The notes beneath the pieces were generated by a model, which saw nothing but the letters and a program-made list of their open reading frames with translations, had not been told where the DNA came from and did no database searches. From IMG/VR virus record IMGVR_UViG_2854558644_000001: 64,000 bases of DNA; one strand, written 5' to 3'. Below are positions 19,610 to 28,964 of the stretch, one piece after another. Positions within the stretch are counted from its first letter, which is position 1; every line of letters starts with the position of its first letter. This stretch comes from a virus (lineage: Duplodnaviria; Heunggongvirae; Uroviricota; Caudoviricetes). The translations under genes were made by a program, and so were the position numbers.

Positions 19610-19807
19610 ATGGATAGGAAAGAATATTTATTAAGACAGGTACTAAAGTTATTTAAGCAACAGAAAGAAAGCCGTTATGTTTTAAATGTTGAAGAGATGA
19701 CTGTTATGTATGATGGAGCTGAATGCGATGGAAGTTGTCTTTGTGAAGATATTATGGATGAGTTAGGAATTGACAGCTTAGAAGATATTGAGGATGAGAA
19801 ATTATAA
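19610..19807 (+). CDS. hypothetical acidic Cys-containing protein
   Basis: ORF+SD AAGGAAAGG. Confidence 0.5.
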   Translation: MDRKEYLLRQVLKLFKQQKESRYVLNVEEMTVMYDGAECDGSCLCEDIMDELGIDSLEDIEDEKL

Positions 19808-19830
19808 TAATTGAATAATTTAGAGAACAT

Positions 19831-19867
19831 ATAAGAGATTGAAAATATCCAGTCTCTTATTTTTTTA
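19831..19867 (+). terminator. rho-independent terminator
   Basis: ATAAGAGATT/AGTCTCTTAT stem 9/10 then TTTTTTT. Confidence 0.65.
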
Positions 19868-19900
19868 TGGAAAGGAATGGATAATTTACAGTGAAAGGTT

Positions 19901-20134
19901 GTGATGAATATGTTTGATTACAAAGAATTTAAGAAGGAAATGGCTAAGAGAGGACATGAAGTACATAAGAATGGAAAGTACGTTACAATTATTCCTAATA
20001 ATAATTACGAGGGATACAGTAAAGGATTTTTGTTTGCAACGGATGTAATAAAGGGATTTGAGAATGTATTAAATTTCATTACTATGGATCACTACAATAC
20101 TTGGATATATAGTGCAAAATTTAAAATCATATGA
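19901..20134 (+). CDS. hypothetical protein
   Basis: ORF+SD GAAAGG. Confidence 0.5.
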   Translation: MMNMFDYKEFKKEMAKRGHEVHKNGKYVTIIPNNNYEGYSKGFLFATDVIKGFENVLNFITMDHYNTWIYSAKFKII

Positions 20135-20189
20135 TAGAATTAGAATAGTAATAGTGATACGTGAATAGTTAAATAGGAGGATTTGGATT

Positions 20190-20330
20190 ATGGGTACAGT
20201 TATAAGTATAATAATATTAATGTTTGTAATCGCAATATTTATAGATAATAAAAAAGAAGAAAAAAATAATGCAGAAAGAAATGCAGAAGAATTTATGAAA
20301 AAACATTTTGGTGAAGATTATAAAGAATAA
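20190..20330 (+). CDS. small single-TM membrane protein (46 aa)
   Basis: ORF+SD TAGGAGGA; hydrophobic core VISIIILMFVIAIF. Confidence 0.45.
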   Translation: MGTVISIIILMFVIAIFIDNKKEEKNNAERNAEEFMKKHFGEDYKE

Positions 20331-20347
20331 GAAAGGCGGTTAATTAT

Positions 20348-21109
20348 ATGAGTTTATTCGGATTATTTTATACAATATTTGGAATTGGTTGTAAAGGTGT
20401 CAATGATGTAAAAAATATTATAGAAGATAATGATCATAAGACGAGATATAGAAATAATGAAACCAACACTTATTTAGATCATAATATGAACAAAAGAGAC
20501 TTGTCTACCAATCATATTATGGTAACTGAGAGAGATTATAATGGTGATGTTTGGCTTAAAGATGCACAAACTGGTAGATATACTCAAAATATTACAGTTC
20601 GTAGAGTTGAACAAAAATATCAGGAAGAAAAAGCGAAAGCATTACGAGGGGAAAGTGATAGAACACATATTAAATACGGAGACGATGAGCATAGAAAAGA
20701 AGAATATCCAGGAATAAAATATAAAGATTTTAAAACGGGAAAATTATACGTTGAAAGATATATGATTTTTACTGAAGAACATTATAAAATGTTACATTTA
20801 TGGTCTGGCTATGGAATTTGTCAACAATCATTTTCCGTATTATTTGATCCTGAAACAAAGAAAATTGTTCGACTATCAGATGGAACAATTGAACAAATGC
20901 TAGGTCAAGGTGCTTTAATAGAAGATATAAATAAATTTTTCCATAAATATGTAAAAGAATATTATGAACATATGGCTGAACCATATAGTACATGGTATAA
21001 ACAAAAATTATATTACGAAACAACTTTACGCCCAATGGCTGACTCTTTAAAAGATAAATTTATAGAAGAAGGGGAAGCAAGAGTAAAATATAGACGAAGT
21101 GAAAAATAA
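20348..21109 (+). CDS. hypothetical protein
   Basis: 253-aa ORF+SD AAAGGCGG; very AT-rich islet. Confidence 0.55.
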   Translation: MSLFGLFYTIFGIGCKGVNDVKNIIEDNDHKTRYRNNETNTYLDHNMNKRDLSTNHIMVTERDYNGDVWLKDAQTGRYTQNITVRRVEQKYQEEKAKALRGESDRTHIKYGDDEHRKEEYPGIKYKDFKTGKLYVERYMIFTEEHYKMLHLWSGYGICQQSFSVLFDPETKKIVRLSDGTIEQMLGQGALIEDINKFFHKYVKEYYEHMAEPYSTWYKQKLYYETTLRPMADSLKDKFIEEGEARVKYRRSEK

Positions 21110-21122
21110 AGGAGATAAAATA

Positions 21123-21476
21123 ATGAAAGAATGGTATTATATTGCAAGTGATAAACCAGAGAAAAAAAATTATTTTGACAGCTATGATGATACGCAATTT
21201 GCTATTTTATGTATATTTAGATTTAAAGCGCCTATAAATGAAGTACCTGATTACGAGATTTATCATAATGGAAAATTATTTGAAACAGTTCCAGGTGATA
21301 TGTTGTTTAATATGTATATTGAAAATGGTGGTCATGTTTTTGAAGACTGCTTAAATAAGGAAACTGATAAAAAAGAAAATGAAGATGTAGAAGATTTATC
21401 TAAAACAATTGAAGACACTACAAATAGTTTGAAAAAATTATTAGATAGCATTGAAAAATTAAATAATATGCTATAA
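21123..21476 (+). CDS. hypothetical protein
   Basis: ORF+SD AAGGAGA. Confidence 0.5.
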   Translation: MKEWYYIASDKPEKKNYFDSYDDTQFAILCIFRFKAPINEVPDYEIYHNGKLFETVPGDMLFNMYIENGGHVFEDCLNKETDKKENEDVEDLSKTIEDTTNSLKKLLDSIEKLNNML

Positions 21477-21491
21477 AGGATGGTGATAAAA

Positions 21492-22502
21492 ATGAAAGGT
21501 AGATTAGAGCATTCATTACAAATTGAAAAAAATATAAAAGAAATATTATCTACATTACCACAATATGTAACTGAATATTATTATGAGTTCAAATCAGGAA
21601 GGCAACCAACAGCATGTAGAGAATATATAAGAAAAATAGCAAAATTTTTATATTTTATTGATTCGAGTGATATTAGACATATTAAAGCTACAGAAGTAAC
21701 AAAGTTTGATATTACTCGTTTTTTGGATTCAATAGAATATATAACAGATAACAATGGAAATAAAAAACAATCTTCATTATCTTATAGGAAGTGTTATCAT
21801 AGTGTACTAAAAAGTTTTTTTGATTTCTTAATAGAGAATGATTATATAACTGAAAATCCTATGAATAAAATAAAAAGGGTTCGTGGAGAAGATTTTGTTA
21901 ATAGAAAATTCTTAGACGAAGATGATTTAAAAGAAGTACTATTGGCTGTAGAATGTGGAGCAGGAAATAGAAGGTCAGTTGCTATGCAATATAAATGGAA
22001 ATCGAGAGACAGAGCAATTATGATGCTATTTATGCAAACTGGAATACGTGAAACAGCATTAAGCGAAATAAATATTGAAGATATCGACTTTGAGAATCAT
22101 TCTATTAAAAGTGTTATAGAGAAAGGACATAAAGAAAAAACATTTTCTATGAGTTCTCAATTAGAAAATGCAGTCTCAGAATGGATAAGTGATCGAAAAA
22201 GAATTATAGATAAAAATGAAGATGCATTATTCATTTCAAAATCAAAAACTCGTATGACACAAAGATCATTGTCGGATATTGTAATAAAATACACAAAGGA
22301 AGCTCTTGGATATTCGGTAACGCCCCATAAGTTAAGAGCATCATTTGCTAATATTATGTTGGAAAAGACAGATGAAAATATATATGTGGTTCAGCAGTTA
22401 TTAGGACATGCTAGAACAGAAACAACAAAAATATATTTGAAAAATAATTTAAATCAGTATAATGATATGGCTGCTGATATAATTGCTAAATCTATTTTTT
22501 AA
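21492..22502 (+). CDS. tyrosine recombinase / phage integrase family protein
   Basis: C-terminal HKLRASFA...LLGHARTETTKIYL (R-H-R-Y catalytic signature). Confidence 0.7.
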   Translation: MKGRLEHSLQIEKNIKEILSTLPQYVTEYYYEFKSGRQPTACREYIRKIAKFLYFIDSSDIRHIKATEVTKFDITRFLDSIEYITDNNGNKKQSSLSYRKCYHSVLKSFFDFLIENDYITENPMNKIKRVRGEDFVNRKFLDEDDLKEVLLAVECGAGNRRSVAMQYKWKSRDRAIMMLFMQTGIRETALSEINIEDIDFENHSIKSVIEKGHKEKTFSMSSQLENAVSEWISDRKRIIDKNEDALFISKSKTRMTQRSLSDIVIKYTKEALGYSVTPHKLRASFANIMLEKTDENIYVVQQLLGHARTETTKIYLKNNLNQYNDMAADIIAKSIF

Positions 22503-22516
22503 AGGAGAATAACATA

Positions 22517-23035
22517 ATGGAAATTAAAAGATATATTACGTTTAGAAATAAGAAAAATAATTTTCCAATTTTAAAAGAAAAAGAAAAAATACAATGGAAT
22601 TCAGATTTTTCAACATACGATAAAATTATTGATTTTTTAAATAAAACGTTTGAGATGGAATATTTAGAAGAGGAATATGTTTATATTATATCATTTAATT
22701 GTCAAATGATTCCGCAAGGAGTGTTTGAACTATCACATGGAACAGCAGATACTTCTATAATAAAAATGAGAGAGCTTGCAATATTTCTATTATTGTCTGG
22801 TGCGAATAAATTTATTGTAGCTCATAATCATCCAAATGGTTCAAAAGATGCAAGTGTAAATGATATTAATATCACAAGAAAAATTCAAGAAATGGCGAAT
22901 TTTATTGAAGTTGATTTTCTTCAACATTTTACAATAGGAAATGATGGTTATGATACTTGTATTGATAATGGAGAAGATGACGATATTTTTAAGAAAAATG
23001 GTGAAGAGGACGAAGACTATATGCCATTCAATTAA
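22517..23035 (+). CDS. RadC-like JAB/MPN domain protein
   Basis: HNHPNGSKDASVNDINITRKI JAMM-like motif typical of RadC/DUF2466. Confidence 0.7.
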   Translation: MEIKRYITFRNKKNNFPILKEKEKIQWNSDFSTYDKIIDFLNKTFEMEYLEEEYVYIISFNCQMIPQGVFELSHGTADTSIIKMRELAIFLLLSGANKFIVAHNHPNGSKDASVNDINITRKIQEMANFIEVDFLQHFTIGNDGYDTCIDNGEDDDIFKKNGEEDEDYMPFN

Positions 23036-23121
23036 ACGTAATGAAGTAATTGAGTTGTCTAATGATATCATGTAGAATAGAAACAAGTAAATTTAACTTT
23101 CTTTAGTTTGGAGGTAATGAT

Positions 23122-23412
23122 ATGACAAAAAGTCAAATAGAAAAATTCGCAGTAGGTTATTCTTCTTATCCTACAGACTGTGTGGAAGAAGTATTAAAAG
23201 TTACTAATTTCGATGAAGATGTGGCGAGAGAAATTTTAGATGACAAAGAGAAAACATTAGCAATTTGGCAGAATGGAACAATAATGATTGATGGAGTAAC
23301 ACTTTGTTGTGGATATGATTTCGCAGAAGATGCTTTTAGCAAAAAGATAAATATTGGTTATTGCCCGATTTGTGGAAGAAAAATTGTAATTAAGAAGCCA
23401 ATGAATGAATGA
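23122..23412 (+). CDS. zinc-ribbon protein
   Basis: C-terminal CPICGRK; ORF+SD TGGAGG. Confidence 0.5.
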   Translation: MTKSQIEKFAVGYSSYPTDCVEEVLKVTNFDEDVAREILDDKEKTLAIWQNGTIMIDGVTLCCGYDFAEDAFSKKINIGYCPICGRKIVIKKPMNE

Positions 23413-23442
23413 TTTACTCGGAAGATTGGAAGAGGTGATATA

Positions 23443-23631
23443 GTGAAAGAATTTAGAAATACTGACGAGATTACAAAAGAAGACCTTGAGAAAATGTATA
23501 ACGCAATCGTTAAATTTGATAATTATATTTCATCAGCAACAAGGAAGCCAACAGATGAAAACATTGGACTATATGAACATTGGATTGATTGCAGGTATGA
23601 TATAGAAAATTTAATTGTAACTGAAAGATAA
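23443..23631 (+). CDS. hypothetical protein (GTG start)
   Basis: ORF; SD AGAGGTGA 4 nt upstream of GTG. Confidence 0.45.
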   Translation: MKEFRNTDEITKEDLEKMYNAIVKFDNYISSATRKPTDENIGLYEHWIDCRYDIENLIVTER

Positions 23632-23643
23632 GAGGTGATACAT

Positions 23644-23811
23644 ATGTCAAAAACAATGAATAACCCCAATAAGGTAAAAGCAAAACTTATTGTAGAAGTT
23701 GAAGGAGAATTCTATGATGATGAGTCATCAGAAGAAACATTGAGATATTGTGTTGAACAGGATTTAGAAGATGCTGGATTAAATGTTATTGATGTGTCAG
23801 TAATGAAGTGA
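23644..23811 (+). CDS. small acidic protein (55 aa)
   Basis: ORF+SD GAGGTGATACAT. Confidence 0.45.
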   Translation: MSKTMNNPNKVKAKLIVEVEGEFYDDESSEETLRYCVEQDLEDAGLNVIDVSVMK

Positions 23812-23821
23812 GGTGTGATTG

Positions 23822-24028
23822 ATGGAAAGATATATGGAGTGTTCTAAATGTGGTAAGTCATTACTTGAAAATTCAATTATTGTTGTAAGAACTGGGTTTA
23901 CAGATAAATATTGTTCATATGGTTGTGCAGCAATTGATAGTGGACTTTTTAAAAATATAAAATTAACTGATGAAATTGTCCAAGAACACAAATCTTGTGA
24001 TGGAAGAGATTGGTTAATAGGAAATTGA
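23822..24028 (+). CDS. zinc-ribbon protein
   Basis: CSKCGK...CSYGC; SD GAGGTGTGA. Confidence 0.5.
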   Translation: MERYMECSKCGKSLLENSIIVVRTGFTDKYCSYGCAAIDSGLFKNIKLTDEIVQEHKSCDGRDWLIGN

Positions 24029-24038
24029 GGTGATATAA

Positions 24039-24326
24039 ATGTATGAAGAAGAAATAAATGCGGCATTGATATCCATACAACAATTTAAAATCGCATATAG
24101 TAATGAAAATGGAGTTATTGCAGTTGGTGATATTGAAGATTTAATGGCTAATATTGATACCATAGAAGAATGTGTAAGAAAACAAAAGAGATTTCCAACA
24201 AATAATAAAAGAGAATTTAGCTTATTTGGAAAATCAACAATTGTACATCAGTGCGGTATTTGTGGTAGTAATGTATATTCTACAAATACATATTGTCCTC
24301 AATGTGGGCAAAAATTTTGTATGTGA
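24039..24326 (+). CDS. zinc-ribbon protein
   Basis: CGICGS...CPQCGQK; ORF+SD GAGGTGATATAA. Confidence 0.5.
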   Translation: MYEEEINAALISIQQFKIAYSNENGVIAVGDIEDLMANIDTIEECVRKQKRFPTNNKREFSLFGKSTIVHQCGICGSNVYSTNTYCPQCGQKFCM

Positions 24327-24369
24327 AGTATTGGATTTGATTAATGAGCAGAAGAAACGAGGTGATATA

Positions 24370-24567
24370 ATGATAAATATGACACTAAAAGAGTTGATAG
24401 AATATGAAAGAGAATTGTGCAGCTTACAACAAGAATATGAGGGTAAACTGACTAAGATATATGGAGAGACTGATTCCTCAAGTGAAAAGAGGAGACTAAC
24501 AATTGTTTTGAATCTTATTATTGAAGAAAGACAGAAAGTAAATCGTCAAAAATATAAACCAGTGTAG
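24370..24567 (+). CDS. hypothetical protein
   Basis: ORF+SD GAGGTGATATA. Confidence 0.5.
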   Translation: MINMTLKELIEYERELCSLQQEYEGKLTKIYGETDSSSEKRRLTIVLNLIIEERQKVNRQKYKPV

Positions 24568-24606
24568 TAAATGACGATTTCTTGGTAAATAGAAGGAGAT
24601 GATTAA

Positions 24607-25407
24607 ATGGCGAGAAAGAAAGTAAATAAAGAATTAACCATAGAAGAACAGTTACAGAAAGAAAGAGAAAATGGATTAAGTTTTATTAAAGATGAAGTGT
24701 TACATCTGAATGAACCAACTTATAGATTTGAAGTAGGAGATAAGGTAAAATATGGTGCATTAAAAGACTGTACAGTAAAAGAAGTGTTATATGATGGAAA
24801 GGTATACGGATTACATTGTATTTCTACTGAAGAAAATTATGGGAATCCTTATGATAGAGAAGTATATAGAGTTGCTGAATGGACTAGCGTTAGACCGCTT
24901 ACTAATGGGGATTCAAGGTTTAGTAAAAATCAGGATGTAAAAATCAATTTTATCAATTCAATGATTGAGTCTCTTATCCATAAATATTATGCATTTGGAG
25001 TAGATATGAATCCTGAATATCAGAGAGGATATGTATGGGAGTTAGAAGATAAACAGTTGCTTATAGACAGTATTTTTAACAATATTGATATAGGTAAATT
25101 TGCTTTTATTCATTTGGATGATAAGAAATGGACTGAGACGGGTAATGGATATGAAATACTTGATGGTAAGCAGAGATTAAGCACAATTATTGATTTTTAC
25201 GAGAATAGATTTCCATATAACGGAGTTTATTACAATGACTTATCGGCTAAAGATAAGAATGTTTTCTTAAACCATCATATTGTACAAGGGGAAGTAAGAG
25301 AAGCAGATAGAAGGGCAGTATTAAAATATTTCTTAATGCTCAATAGAACTGGAAAGTCAATGGATCAGTCACACCTTGATAAAGTTGAGAAAATGTTAGA
25401 AGAATAA
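24607..25407 (+). CDS. DUF262 (ParB-like nuclease superfamily, GmrSD N-domain-like) protein
   Basis: LDGKQRLSTI matches DGQQR signature of DUF262. Confidence 0.55.
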   Translation: MARKKVNKELTIEEQLQKERENGLSFIKDEVLHLNEPTYRFEVGDKVKYGALKDCTVKEVLYDGKVYGLHCISTEENYGNPYDREVYRVAEWTSVRPLTNGDSRFSKNQDVKINFINSMIESLIHKYYAFGVDMNPEYQRGYVWELEDKQLLIDSIFNNIDIGKFAFIHLDDKKWTETGNGYEILDGKQRLSTIIDFYENRFPYNGVYYNDLSAKDKNVFLNHHIVQGEVREADRRAVLKYFLMLNRTGKSMDQSHLDKVEKMLEE

Positions 25408-25514
25408 CCCAAAGAAAAATTGCTTTCTTATTGAAAACAAATCAAATATAGAAACAAGTATTAGAAGCAGAAATACCTGCTTCTTTTTTATTGCGGAAAT
25501 GAGGTGAATAATTT

Positions 25515-25820
25515 TTGAGTAGATATAAGAATGGAAATCCAAAACATGCAAGCAGATTCATATGTATGAAATGTATGAATGAAAATATGTTAGCCAGTGG
25601 AATTCAGAGACAGAGACAAAGAGAACGAAAACATATTAAAGATTTGTATTGTTTGAAGTGCGGAGAGGTAACGAAGTGTATCGAAGTAAGATTTTGTGAT
25701 TCATATGAAGAAATTTTTGAGGCTGCAAAGATAAAAAGAGAGAATTATTACATAGACGAATATGAAAGTGAGGTTGATGAATATGTGTTACAAAATAGAA
25801 GTACAAAACAAAAATGCTGA
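25515..25820 (+). CDS. zinc-ribbon protein (TTG start)
   Basis: CMKCMNEN...CLKCGE; SD GAGGTGA 7 nt upstream of TTG. Confidence 0.45.
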   Translation: MSRYKNGNPKHASRFICMKCMNENMLASGIQRQRQRERKHIKDLYCLKCGEVTKCIEVRFCDSYEEIFEAAKIKRENYYIDEYESEVDEYVLQNRSTKQKC

Positions 25821-26763
25821 AAAGCTTAATAGGAAGTTGGATGAGTTAAATTTTCCTATATATATGAGAAAATATTTCACTGTTAAAATTGAAAGTAAAG
25901 CAGGTGCTTTAAATTATCTTGGAGTTATTGTAGATTTGCTCAATTGGTTTATTGAAGAGAAACTTATTGATAAAACAAATATTTCAGATATTGAGCCATC
26001 AGATTTTACTGACATTATGGCAGAAGATATCACGTTATATTTAAAGACTAAAGAACAGAATGGAATGTCACCTACGACATTAGAAACTAGAAAACATATA
26101 ATAAGTAGTTTTTGGGATTATATGAGTAGAGTGAAGGGAACTGAAATTAAAGATGGATTCTTTAAAGATGTAACTTATAAAGGGATTCCATCTGGAAACA
26201 AGTTAACTAAAAAACTTCCAACAGAAAAGCAACTTAATGATATGGAAGAAAAAATAATGTGGAAAAAGGATATTTCAGTAAGAAATAGAAATATTGCTAT
26301 TTTTCGAGTATTAAGAGGAACTGGAATAAGAGAATCTGAACTTGCTGGTTTGGATTTATCTAATTTGCATTTAGATGAAGAAATGCCTTATATTACTATT
26401 CTTGGTAAAGGTGTGTACAGAGAAATGCAAAATAGAATGGTATATCTTAGCGGATCTGCTTTAAAAGCTATAAGAGAGTGGTTAGAATACAGAAGCACAT
26501 TAAGTAACATTATTGATACAGAAGCTGTGTTTGTAAATAAAAATGGAACTCGTACAACAGAAAGAAATATCAAACAGATATTTGAGAATTATGGAAATGG
26601 TATAACACCACATATGATGCGTCATTATTATGCTAGTATAATGAACAGAAATGGAAATCTTGCATTTGTACAGCAGCAGTTAGGACATAGTAATGTAAAT
26701 ACAACAGTTAATAATTATGCAAATGGTGCAGTGGGGATGAAAGATGTGTTAAACAATATGTAA
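25777..26763 (+). CDS. tyrosine recombinase / phage integrase family protein
   Basis: HMMRHYYAS...LGHSNVNTTVNNY catalytic signature; overlaps upstream gene by ~40 nt. Confidence 0.7.
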   Translation: MNMCYKIEVQNKNAEKLNRKLDELNFPIYMRKYFTVKIESKAGALNYLGVIVDLLNWFIEEKLIDKTNISDIEPSDFTDIMAEDITLYLKTKEQNGMSPTTLETRKHIISSFWDYMSRVKGTEIKDGFFKDVTYKGIPSGNKLTKKLPTEKQLNDMEEKIMWKKDISVRNRNIAIFRVLRGTGIRESELAGLDLSNLHLDEEMPYITILGKGVYREMQNRMVYLSGSALKAIREWLEYRSTLSNIIDTEAVFVNKNGTRTTERNIKQIFENYGNGITPHMMRHYYASIMNRNGNLAFVQQQLGHSNVNTTVNNYANGAVGMKDVLNNM

Positions 26764-26777
26764 AGGATGATACAAAG

Positions 26778-26999
26778 TTATTTTGTATCGTCCTTAATAA
26801 ATAATTCGCATGGTGTACATTCTAATGCTTCACACAATTTATTAATTGTATCAAGTCTAATATTGATTGTTTCTCCATTATAGATTTTGCTTACATTATT
26901 TGCGGATATCCCTGTTTGTTTAGAAAGCCAATATTGTGTTTTACCTTTTGCATCTAAAAGATTTTTTACATTAAGCTTGTACATATAGCACCTCTTCAT
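26778..26999 (-). CDS. XRE-family helix-turn-helix transcriptional regulator
   Basis: LSKQTGISANNVSKIYNGE HTH; divergent from MazF-like gene. Confidence 0.7.
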   Translation of the reverse strand: MKRCYMYKLNVKNLLDAKGKTQYWLSKQTGISANNVSKIYNGETINIRLDTINKLCEALECTPCELFIKDDTK

Positions 27000-27052
27000 A
27001 TATTATTTATTTGTATTATAGTAAAAAATAATATATTAATCAATAATATATG

Positions 27053-27081
27053 TTGACATATATTATAATATGATGTATTAT
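27053..27081 (+). promoter_or_regulatory. sigma-70-type promoter for mazF-like gene
   Basis: TTGACA-17 nt-TATTAT with A/T-rich upstream. Confidence 0.5.
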
Positions 27082-27125
27082 ATAAAATATCAAAAGGGAC
27101 AAACAGAGAAAGGAGGGCTAACATA

Positions 27126-27476
27126 ATGGAAATTAAACGTGGTGAAATATATTTCGCTGATATAACTAAATACGATTCTAAAGGCTCAGAACAGAGTGGT
27201 AAAAGACCGGTACTGATATTGCAAAACAATATTGGCAATAAGTTTAGCCCTACCACTATAATTGCCATTATAACAACCAAGTCTAAAAGAGAATTGCCAA
27301 CACATGTAGAAATACATAAAGATGAGCTTAATGGACTAAAATATGATTCTGTTGTGGCATTAGAGCAGATTACAACGATTGATAAAGATCGGATTCAATT
27401 TAAAATTGGTGAATTATCTGCTGAAGATAGTTTAAAGGTTATGGAAGCGATGAAAATAAGTTTGGCTTTGATATAA
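27126..27476 (+). CDS. MazF/PemK-family endoribonuclease toxin-like protein
   Basis: EIKRGEIYFADI...SGKRPVLILQNN...TTIIAIITTK pattern of PemK/MazF. Confidence 0.7.
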   Translation: MEIKRGEIYFADITKYDSKGSEQSGKRPVLILQNNIGNKFSPTTIIAIITTKSKRELPTHVEIHKDELNGLKYDSVVALEQITTIDKDRIQFKIGELSAEDSLKVMEAMKISLALI

Positions 27477-27494
27477 GGGAGAGGAGAGAATATC

Positions 27495-27791
27495 ATGAAG
27501 ACAGAAACATATGATTATACCTCAATTGACGAAGCAATTGAAAGATTACAAAAGCTGAAAGCTGAAGGGAAAAATCCTAAGAATGTAGTAATACTTACAA
27601 TGGATTTTGATAATAATACTTCTTCAAAGAAAATTGCAACACCTGATGATGGGTGCTTATTAGTTAGAAAATCAAAAACAATAATTGTGAATGAGGATGA
27701 GTACATTCCTCATATGCAACTATTTAATGTCGAACAGGACATAAAAAATATTATTAAGAAGGGAATTATGCATGATATTTTGCTAAGATAA
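27495..27791 (+). CDS. hypothetical protein
   Basis: ORF+SD GGGAGAGGAG. Confidence 0.5.
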   Translation: MKTETYDYTSIDEAIERLQKLKAEGKNPKNVVILTMDFDNNTSSKKIATPDDGCLLVRKSKTIIVNEDEYIPHMQLFNVEQDIKNIIKKGIMHDILLR

Positions 27792-27818
27792 TTTCTCGAA
27801 TTTTTGTTCGAATTTATA

Positions 27819-27849
27819 TTGACACAAACACATGTTCGGAGTAATATAA
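27819..27849 (+). promoter_or_regulatory. sigma-70-type promoter
   Basis: TTGACA-17 nt-TAATAT (TATAAT with 19 nt). Confidence 0.5.
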
Positions 27850-27869
27850 TGGAAAAGAAAATAAAAAAT

Positions 27870-27905
27870 GCTTGACTAGCCAGCTACCAACTTTCTAGTC
27901 AAGCA
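27870..27905. repeat. 10-bp perfect inverted repeat GCTTGACTAG/CTAGTCAAGC (16-nt loop)
   Basis: seen directly; downstream of promoter in 300-nt intergenic. Confidence 0.6.
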
Positions 27906-28092
27906 ACATACAAAATCTATTTCTTGGGGGAAAAAGACTAGTACGCATTTAAATTATACATATCAATTATATAAAAATCAATGCATTCGCAGAATTTTTC
28001 CAAATTTTAACAATTTAATAGCATTTTAATTTTTCTTTGGTATACCCAAGGCTTATTAAAGTGCGTCAAAAATCAGAGAGGAGTGATGTTTT

Positions 28093-28761
28093 TTGTTTAT
28101 TCTAACAGATGGAAAAAATTATGTTATGGAGAATCCTATGAAGTCAGGTGAGTATATGATAACGACTTCGAGTTCTATGGCAAAGGAGTTTACTTACAAA
28201 CAAGCGAGGTCATTAGTACAGAACAGCAGAAAGAAGTATTCATGGATTAAGAAATATAATCTTATTGATGTGGATACGGGGCAGAAGTCTGATAAATCTC
28301 TTTATTATAGAGGAAATGCAGATATCTATATAGGAGATAAAAATAATTTTGATTATGCCTTATTAGACAAGATTGAATCAGAAGCTAATTCCATTTTGGG
28401 ATTAGTGGGTTGGGACGACAATCAACTTATAACATATAAAAATTTATTAAATACGGAGTTGTCAAAGTGTGATAGTGCTGAGAGTGATATTAATCATGCA
28501 TTAGAAAAATATAAGAAAATACATAATGGTAAGAAACCACAAGCTCATAAGGTAGCAAAGATAGGATATTTACTTGATGATATACGAGATAAGCATAAAC
28601 GAATAAAGCAATGTATAAGGTACGTTCAGGTTATGCAAGATGCGATAGTCAAAGGATACAACATCGAGAAGATAAAATTAGAACTTAGTAAAGTCACTAG
28701 CGATGATTACAAAGGAAGAACGGAATATTGGAAAATGGCTAATGATATATTGGAGGATTAA
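28093..28761 (+). CDS. hypothetical protein (TTG start or internal ATG 28138)
   Basis: ORF; SD AGAGGAG 7 nt upstream of TTG 28093. Confidence 0.5.
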   Translation: MFILTDGKNYVMENPMKSGEYMITTSSSMAKEFTYKQARSLVQNSRKKYSWIKKYNLIDVDTGQKSDKSLYYRGNADIYIGDKNNFDYALLDKIESEANSILGLVGWDDNQLITYKNLLNTELSKCDSAESDINHALEKYKKIHNGKKPQAHKVAKIGYLLDDIRDKHKRIKQCIRYVQVMQDAIVKGYNIEKIKLELSKVTSDDYKGRTEYWKMANDILED

Positions 28762-28763
28762 TT

Positions 28764-28964
28764 ATGGTGATATGTAGAAACTGTTTAATTCCTATGGTAG
28801 AGACTATGAGTTTTCAACCAGGAGAAAGAAATCGACATAATAGATATTGTAAGTGTCCAAAATGTAAAAGAGAAACTAAGCATATTAAAATTATGAATTC
28901 TGAATTGTCTTTCGGGGAATATATGAATAAAGAAATTCAAAAGGCGGGTAGAAGAAATGATTAA
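28764..28964 (+). CDS. zinc-ribbon protein
   Basis: CRNC...CKCPKCKRE. Confidence 0.5.
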   Translation: MVICRNCLIPMVETMSFQPGERNRHNRYCKCPKCKRETKHIKIMNSELSFGEYMNKEIQKAGRRND

